Origin: a virus
DNA: 64,000 nt
Virus record (IMG/VR): IMGVR_UViG_3300029982_000012
Strand: one strand, 5' to 3'
Each line of letters starts with the position of its first letter. Position 1 is the stretch's first letter. Shown piece after piece: positions 58,913 to 64,000 of this stretch. A program made the position numbers and the translations under genes. The notes under the pieces are model-generated. The model did not search any database and was not told the origin of the DNA. It was given only the letters and a program-made list of their open reading frames with translations.

Positions 58913-60727
58913 TTAGTCTTCGTCCTCTTCTAACATATCAGAAATTAACCATTTTAACAAATCTAAAGAGTGTGGTTTTGGAGCATACATAGCAGCCACC
59001 GAATTTGGTGCTATTTGAGCCATTAATTGCAATGACTGCAACGAAAATGGATCTCGTTTGAATCTCATAAGTGGATCCACATACGCTGCAGGACTGCCCA
59101 TAAAGCGTCCTTTTATTTGACCAACATCTAAGTATTTATCCCAAACGAGTTGAATTCTTTCGTTAAATGGTACTTCTCCAGCCATTCCTACACCGATAGT
59201 TGGTTTATCGACATAGTTCAGCACCTCATCATAGGTCATGTGAGTGGGCTGATCTTGTTGTAAGCGAGTAGATTCTTGTTCCTTAGATTCAGCATCTAAT
59301 CCAGCAATTTTGAATACTACGATTTTTGCTAGAATAGGGTCAATGATCGGAATCAACCTTTGATTAAAAAATGTCTCAAGATGCTGGATAATTGGAACAA
59401 ATCCAGAGTCGCGAGCAGCTTCTAATTTGAATTCGTTATTTGATTCGCTTAAAGTCTGACTATTAGAACCCTTACTTAAATGGCCATATCCTGGAAGTTC
59501 ATCAGGAGACATTTGGAAGGTCGCGAGAATGTTCCTTGCAATTTGGTCGTAAATGAATTCAAATGAATCATCTGCTTTATCGTTTGCAAATGAAAGCCAA
59601 TCAATGCTCTCGGTTGGAGATATACCCATTAAAGGAGTACGGAATGAGTTTTGTACACCATTAATACTTGCTTGAAACTCTTGTCTGAATTTCTCTAATG
59701 TAGGAGAATCAACGTCATCCGATTTAATGACCAATGCTCCACGAGTAGCTCTACCATTTTGGAAATAAAGTCTTTTCCAGGTATCAATACTAATATGGGT
59801 AGTAATTGAAGAAATTGCAGTTTCAATTGGTGGTACAGGATATCCGTTCTTTTCAACATCTGTACATGGATAGAAGTCGTGCATCAACAATTCTTCATGA
59901 GTGAAATACTGTTTTGCAATACCTTCTACTTGTTGACACCACGCATACTTATCTTCTCTAAGTTTATCGTAATCAATTCCGATTTTATCGCCAGTAATTC
60001 TTTCAAGTTCTTTAATGGCAAGAATTCTGGTATTAACTCCAGCCTGCTCACCATTTCTTACTGTCTTAAAGATGGTGCCGGAATCGATTGGTCTAAAACG
60101 ATTAAATGGGAATCTACCTTCTGCATCTGGTTCTGATTCTCTATCATAGATGACCTCTGTACCCATCCAACCAAAAGTAAGAGCGTTCTCCACAGAAAGG
60201 GCCAAATACTGACTTAAAGTCATTTTTTGTTGGTTTTCAAGACCTTCTGTATGACCGCAATTTAAGAGAATTGTTTCAAGTCTTTTAATTCGTTCTGTAA
60301 CTTTTTCAAACTGTTCCGTATTTAAAAGTTTATAGAATTCAGGTTTGATTTTAATCTCAATACCTTTATCGAAACGATCGGCACGCTTCTTACCAAATTG
60401 GCTAATTTGACCTGCGCGAGTCCTTAAGATAGCAGCAACTAAGTGATCTTGAACCCTTACGAGTTTCAAAAGAGCATCTGGAATTTCATTTCTCTTAGCT
60501 TTAACTACACCGGCATAAGCATCGTTGTAATTTGGGCTTTCCATGAAGGTAAGCGCAGGAGCTCGTTCTGTGGCTTTTCCTATCGAATCATTTAATGCTT
60601 TTTGTAATGGACGTAAGGTGGTACTGTCAGCTTTTAACTGAGCAAGGGGATCCATGTTGATTTCAGCCGAAAGCGTCAGCGACATGTCTTTTTTTATTGC
60701 AGACTTTTCGTTATTTTCATCGCTCAT
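58913..60727 (-). CDS. portal protein
   Basis: 604 aa near TerL; GYPVPPIE, YFQNG...G.L, FQMSPDEL. Confidence 0.9.
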   Translation of the reverse strand: MSDENNEKSAIKKDMSLTLSAEINMDPLAQLKADSTTLRPLQKALNDSIGKATERAPALTFMESPNYNDAYAGVVKAKRNEIPDALLKLVRVQDHLVAAILRTRAGQISQFGKKRADRFDKGIEIKIKPEFYKLLNTEQFEKVTERIKRLETILLNCGHTEGLENQQKMTLSQYLALSVENALTFGWMGTEVIYDRESEPDAEGRFPFNRFRPIDSGTIFKTVRNGEQAGVNTRILAIKELERITGDKIGIDYDKLREDKYAWCQQVEGIAKQYFTHEELLMHDFYPCTDVEKNGYPVPPIETAISSITTHISIDTWKRLYFQNGRATRGALVIKSDDVDSPTLEKFRQEFQASINGVQNSFRTPLMGISPTESIDWLSFANDKADDSFEFIYDQIARNILATFQMSPDELPGYGHLSKGSNSQTLSESNNEFKLEAARDSGFVPIIQHLETFFNQRLIPIIDPILAKIVVFKIAGLDAESKEQESTRLQQDQPTHMTYDEVLNYVDKPTIGVGMAGEVPFNERIQLVWDKYLDVGQIKGRFMGSPAAYVDPLMRFKRDPFSLQSLQLMAQIAPNSVAAMYAPKPHSLDLLKWLISDMLEEDED

Positions 60728-60730
60728 ATA

Positions 60731-61534
60731 TTAACCCATCGACGCGAAAAACAGATTTGCAGTAGTAGCGCTCATGTTTGTAACCGAAAGAGAGTAACAT
60801 GGGCCAGCCATAAAAAATACTGCTGGTTGGGTTACCCCATTGACCTGAAATGGATTTAAAGCCATAGCCGTTCCATTATTATATATCACGGAGACCTGTT
60901 GATCGCTCTCAAAATAGATAAAGGCAGCTGGTTGATAGAAAAGTATTTCTTCATTGGTAGTATTAGTTGCAGCCTGCGACATAGTCACGTTAGTAACGTT
61001 CGTAAAACCAGAAAATGCAATAGTTGCATCCCCAGTACCGCTCACCAAAGTTAGAGTTCCAGGAGCAGATGGAGGTGTCGCTCCCCCTGTAGAGACTAAT
61101 AAGGACCCGCTCACTATGGTTCCAGAAACAGTGAAGTTCAGTCCATTACTACTATAAACGGCCCCAGCAGTCGCATTTGAGCCCGATACGGTGAAGTTGT
61201 ATTGAATGGGGGCAATACTTAGAACGGTAGTTCCAACCGGGATTGAAGGTCCTACGATCAATTGATCTATAGCTATTCCTACAGGACTCCCGAATACAAC
61301 CAAAAGAGGCGTACCGTTGATAGAATAGCTTCCAGAGTTCGTTATAGCGGAAAATGGATAAGGAACGATATTTGGGGTTGTTACCGAAGGAAGTACTTGA
61401 ATTTGTTGATCATTTTCTATATTAAATGGAATTCCATTTATTTCTCTTAACCATTTAAAGTTATTTTGAGAAGGTACAGTAGTTGGGACTAAATCCGCGT
61501 AACTATTCAGAAAAAATTGTAGATTGGTTTTCAT
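60731..61534 (-). CDS. beta-rich putative virion protein
   Basis: Between TerL and portal, late motif upstream. Confidence 0.5.
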   Translation of the reverse strand: MKTNLQFFLNSYADLVPTTVPSQNNFKWLREINGIPFNIENDQQIQVLPSVTTPNIVPYPFSAITNSGSYSINGTPLLVVFGSPVGIAIDQLIVGPSIPVGTTVLSIAPIQYNFTVSGSNATAGAVYSSNGLNFTVSGTIVSGSLLVSTGGATPPSAPGTLTLVSGTGDATIAFSGFTNVTNVTMSQAATNTTNEEILFYQPAAFIYFESDQQVSVIYNNGTAMALNPFQVNGVTQPAVFFMAGPCYSLSVTNMSATTANLFFASMG

Positions 61535-61568
61535 TAGGTATACCTCTTAGTAGTTAAGATTGGAAAAT

Positions 61569-63437
61569 TTACTCAAAGCTCCAATGGAAGCCCCCACGCT
61601 TGCCCGTACCACCCTTCACTGTGGCCTTACCGAGAGCCCTATCTAGTTCTCTTTGCATCATTTCATGTTGTTCAGGGGTATGTTTTTGTGCTTCTGGGAT
61701 ATTGGGTGCAGAAGGATCCATAGCCGTAATATTGGGTCTTTGAGGCCCACTTAAAGGAAACATGTTCTGTGCCAAATATCTTAGGGAATCGCATATATCT
61801 GCAATACCAGCATCATCATCTGGAGTAGAAGTAACTTGTCCTTGACCATCCAGTAAGAATCTATGTTTCATGATGGCGGTTCTGACTTTTTTAGTACCTT
61901 CTGTTTCTAATACTTTTAAAAGTCTTATACCGGTAGCAGTCATTATTTTACTTCTAACACTTCCGATACCACCCATTACATCCTTGGTAAATTTTGGACA
62001 CGGCATTCCATTCCTAACAAATGCTTTAATATAGGCCGGAGCAGACGTATCACAATACCATTTTCTTACATTGTATCTATCTTTAAAGTTTAATGCCACT
62101 GGAACCAAATCTTGTATTTCAAGTTTTGGACTAGCGAAACAATCTATGACCCATACTTCACCATTTGGGGCAGTGACCATAGCCAAAATAACCGCATCAT
62201 GGGTATGTCCCCAATCCACACCACAAGAAACGGGCAGATCTAACTGTCTTATAATAGCGTAAATATTTTCTACGGTAATATTGGAAGGGGCCTTAGTACC
62301 AATTAAAGTTTCATACGCTTTCTTTATAGAAATCACGTTTCCTACATCAATTTTATCAGAGTATCTTGGGTAAACCAATCCTTCAGAACCCGGCTTCCAA
62401 CACATTAATTCTGCAGAGGCTACATCAGAATCATTCTCCGCAAATTTCTGTATAACGCTCGTGATTGGTTTATAAAATCCACCAGTAGCAGTTTGTGGTT
62501 TCTCAGAAAGCCTAGTTCTACATACGGGAAGTAATTTACAGCCTACGCAGCCAGCATGAACATTTGGTAGCAAATCATACTTAACTTTCTCGATATCTGG
62601 AAGGCCATTAAATTCTTCTCCAGAAATTTGTATCAAGGGCAGTCCCTTCGCAACAAACATGTCTTTTTTTGGCAATTCTGGTTTATGTCTTGAAGTTGGG
62701 CATGCCTCTGTAACATCAAGGATATTCCAATTTAAAACTTTATAATTGGTTTCTGGCGCTGCATCTAAAGCATCTTGCATGTTACCAAAACTATATTTTC
62801 TAGTACTAAGATAGACCTTTATGCCATGAAATCCACGACTATATCCTGTTATATTTACCGCTTGCTTAATTGCCTTTTTATCGGCCAAGTCTAACTCATC
62901 TAGAAATAAAAAATTGGCATGCAAACTGTTCATACCCTTAGCGGTACAAATAACGATTTTAATGAAAGGGGTTTCTCCATTGGGAGTCCTGTATTGAATA
63001 GTACGCTTGTTTTGCGTCATATTCTCCCAGCCGCTGATTTCTAATAGGGCCGAGATCTTCATTACGAAATCGTTAATGTAACCAATTGCTACTGCCGATT
63101 GCGTTTCTGTAGCTGCACCATGAGCAACAGTTCTGGAAAAGTGCAACATCAATAAAAGTTCTAGAATAGCAACCGAAACGGTTTTCATTCCTTCTCGGCA
63201 AGACATTAGAATGAACCCAGGATTTATATCTCCAGAATTATTTTTTGCTGTATGGTATACCTGCCATATAGCATCTAGGGGTGAAGTGTTAGAATCGGGA
63301 TCGGTTATTTCGAGAGGTAGTTCGAGATCGAGGAACATCCTAGCCCAATCCTTAACATCATCTGCACAGGTAAGAGGCGAGAACATGAGTTCCGCCATTT
63401 CCTTTTTTTGATCTTCATTTAGAGATTTAAAATTCAT
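61569..63437 (-). CDS. terL: terminase large subunit
   Basis: SCREGMKT (Walker A variant), LFLDELD (Walker B), GVDWG and DICDSLRY nuclease motifs. Confidence 0.92.
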   Translation of the reverse strand: MNFKSLNEDQKKEMAELMFSPLTCADDVKDWARMFLDLELPLEITDPDSNTSPLDAIWQVYHTAKNNSGDINPGFILMSCREGMKTVSVAILELLLMLHFSRTVAHGAATETQSAVAIGYINDFVMKISALLEISGWENMTQNKRTIQYRTPNGETPFIKIVICTAKGMNSLHANFLFLDELDLADKKAIKQAVNITGYSRGFHGIKVYLSTRKYSFGNMQDALDAAPETNYKVLNWNILDVTEACPTSRHKPELPKKDMFVAKGLPLIQISGEEFNGLPDIEKVKYDLLPNVHAGCVGCKLLPVCRTRLSEKPQTATGGFYKPITSVIQKFAENDSDVASAELMCWKPGSEGLVYPRYSDKIDVGNVISIKKAYETLIGTKAPSNITVENIYAIIRQLDLPVSCGVDWGHTHDAVILAMVTAPNGEVWVIDCFASPKLEIQDLVPVALNFKDRYNVRKWYCDTSAPAYIKAFVRNGMPCPKFTKDVMGGIGSVRSKIMTATGIRLLKVLETEGTKKVRTAIMKHRFLLDGQGQVTSTPDDDAGIADICDSLRYLAQNMFPLSGPQRPNITAMDPSAPNIPEAQKHTPEQHEMMQRELDRALGKATVKGGTGKRGGFHWSFE

Positions 63438-63445
63438 TTTTATTA

Positions 63446-64000
63446 TTACAGCCCACGAGCCCTATTTAGGGCGGGATTCTGATAAGCATCTGGATTCTGA
63501 CTTACCTTACGCCACTCCTCGTCTAGACTCGCTTCTTTGCGCTCGAAATCACCATCCCTTGGGTGAACAACAATTCCTCCTAGAGTTCCAAGCACGCCTG
63601 CAATTTCAACTGAATTTCTTAAAGCTTCGCTTACAGCCTTACAAGCATCAAAAAGTCCCAACTCTTCGGGTTTTCCGAATACTTGGTTTTCGATATCATA
63701 AACGTCTTCTGGGTTATTAACTAGGTGTGCAAGTACTTCAGAGGCTTGCTCTTCGTTATATCCAGCATTTTCCAATAATCGATTTACAACACTGACCAAA
63801 GAAGGCATAAGAATTTCTCGTGCAGGATCCCCTTCTGCCAATTCTTCTGAAATTTTTAGTGCCATATTAAGAATTACCCGTCCTCCTCCTGGAAGGATTC
63901 CATTGGTAAGACTGCTTCTAATAGAACACACCGCATCTTCAGCCCGATCACATCGTTCCTTAATATCGCCTGGAGAAGAGCCTACAACTGTAAGTTTTGC
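63446..64000 (-). CDS. GroEL-like chaperonin, C-terminal part (continues beyond window)
   Basis: Frame open to window end: AKLTVVGSSPGDIKERCDRAEDAVCSIRSSLTNGILPGGG...LLENAG...ALRNSVEIAG. Confidence 0.85.
   Translation of the reverse strand, partial: AKLTVVGSSPGDIKERCDRAEDAVCSIRSSLTNGILPGGGRVILNMALKISEELAEGDPAREILMPSLVSVVNRLLENAGYNEEQASEVLAHLVNNPEDVYDIENQVFGKPEELGLFDACKAVSEALRNSVEIAGVLGTLGGIVVHPRDGDFERKEASLDEEWRKVSQNPDAYQNPALNRARGL

Noticed and set aside
25001-63411. Numerous short antisense or out-of-frame ORFs nested in structural genes (e.g. 25001, 27177, 33724, 38268, 47837, 50664, 59879)
   Set aside because: Shadow ORFs from codon bias of the overlapping real genes; no SD or motifs.

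Overview
This is 64 kb of a large, AT-rich, contractile-tailed dsDNA phage. Capsid, protease, sheath and tube resemble SPO1/Herelleviridae-type proteins; the host cannot be determined from this window. Layout: (i) 1-1423, leftward genes, then a ~1 kb divergent control region. (ii) 2.5-19.2 kb, rightward early/accessory genes (DUF932, gp88-like, XRE HTH, collagen-like lipoprotein, CspA, serine resolvase, many small hypotheticals) with sigma70-like promoters and four sigma54-like -24/-12 promoters. (iii) 19.2-50 kb, mostly leftward virion module (fibres, tube, sheath, neck, internal head proteins, MCP, scaffold). (iv) 50-57.4 kb, rightward block with prohead protease, an atypical tRNA-Met(CAT), an orphan antitoxin domain, a C5 methylase, ThyX and a phosphoesterase, plus a leftward M15 endolysin. 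(v) MuF-like, portal, TerL and a GroEL-like chaperonin. The top candidate for a new system lies in the head module. Proteins there carry repeated [LIMV]-x-K-[SAG]-[ED] putative maturation-cleavage sites and include an mCpol/GGDEF-like nucleotide synthase with a clear programmed -1 frameshift and an Acb1-like 2H phosphoesterase fused to a lytic transglycosylase. Together they suggest a virion-delivered cyclic-nucleotide write/erase kit. Also found: a late promoter motif (C/T)AATCTTA (~14 copies, several apparently leaderless), a copy of the MCP N-arm inside the protease, and two small structured RNAs. All family assignments are by motif recognition, not database search.
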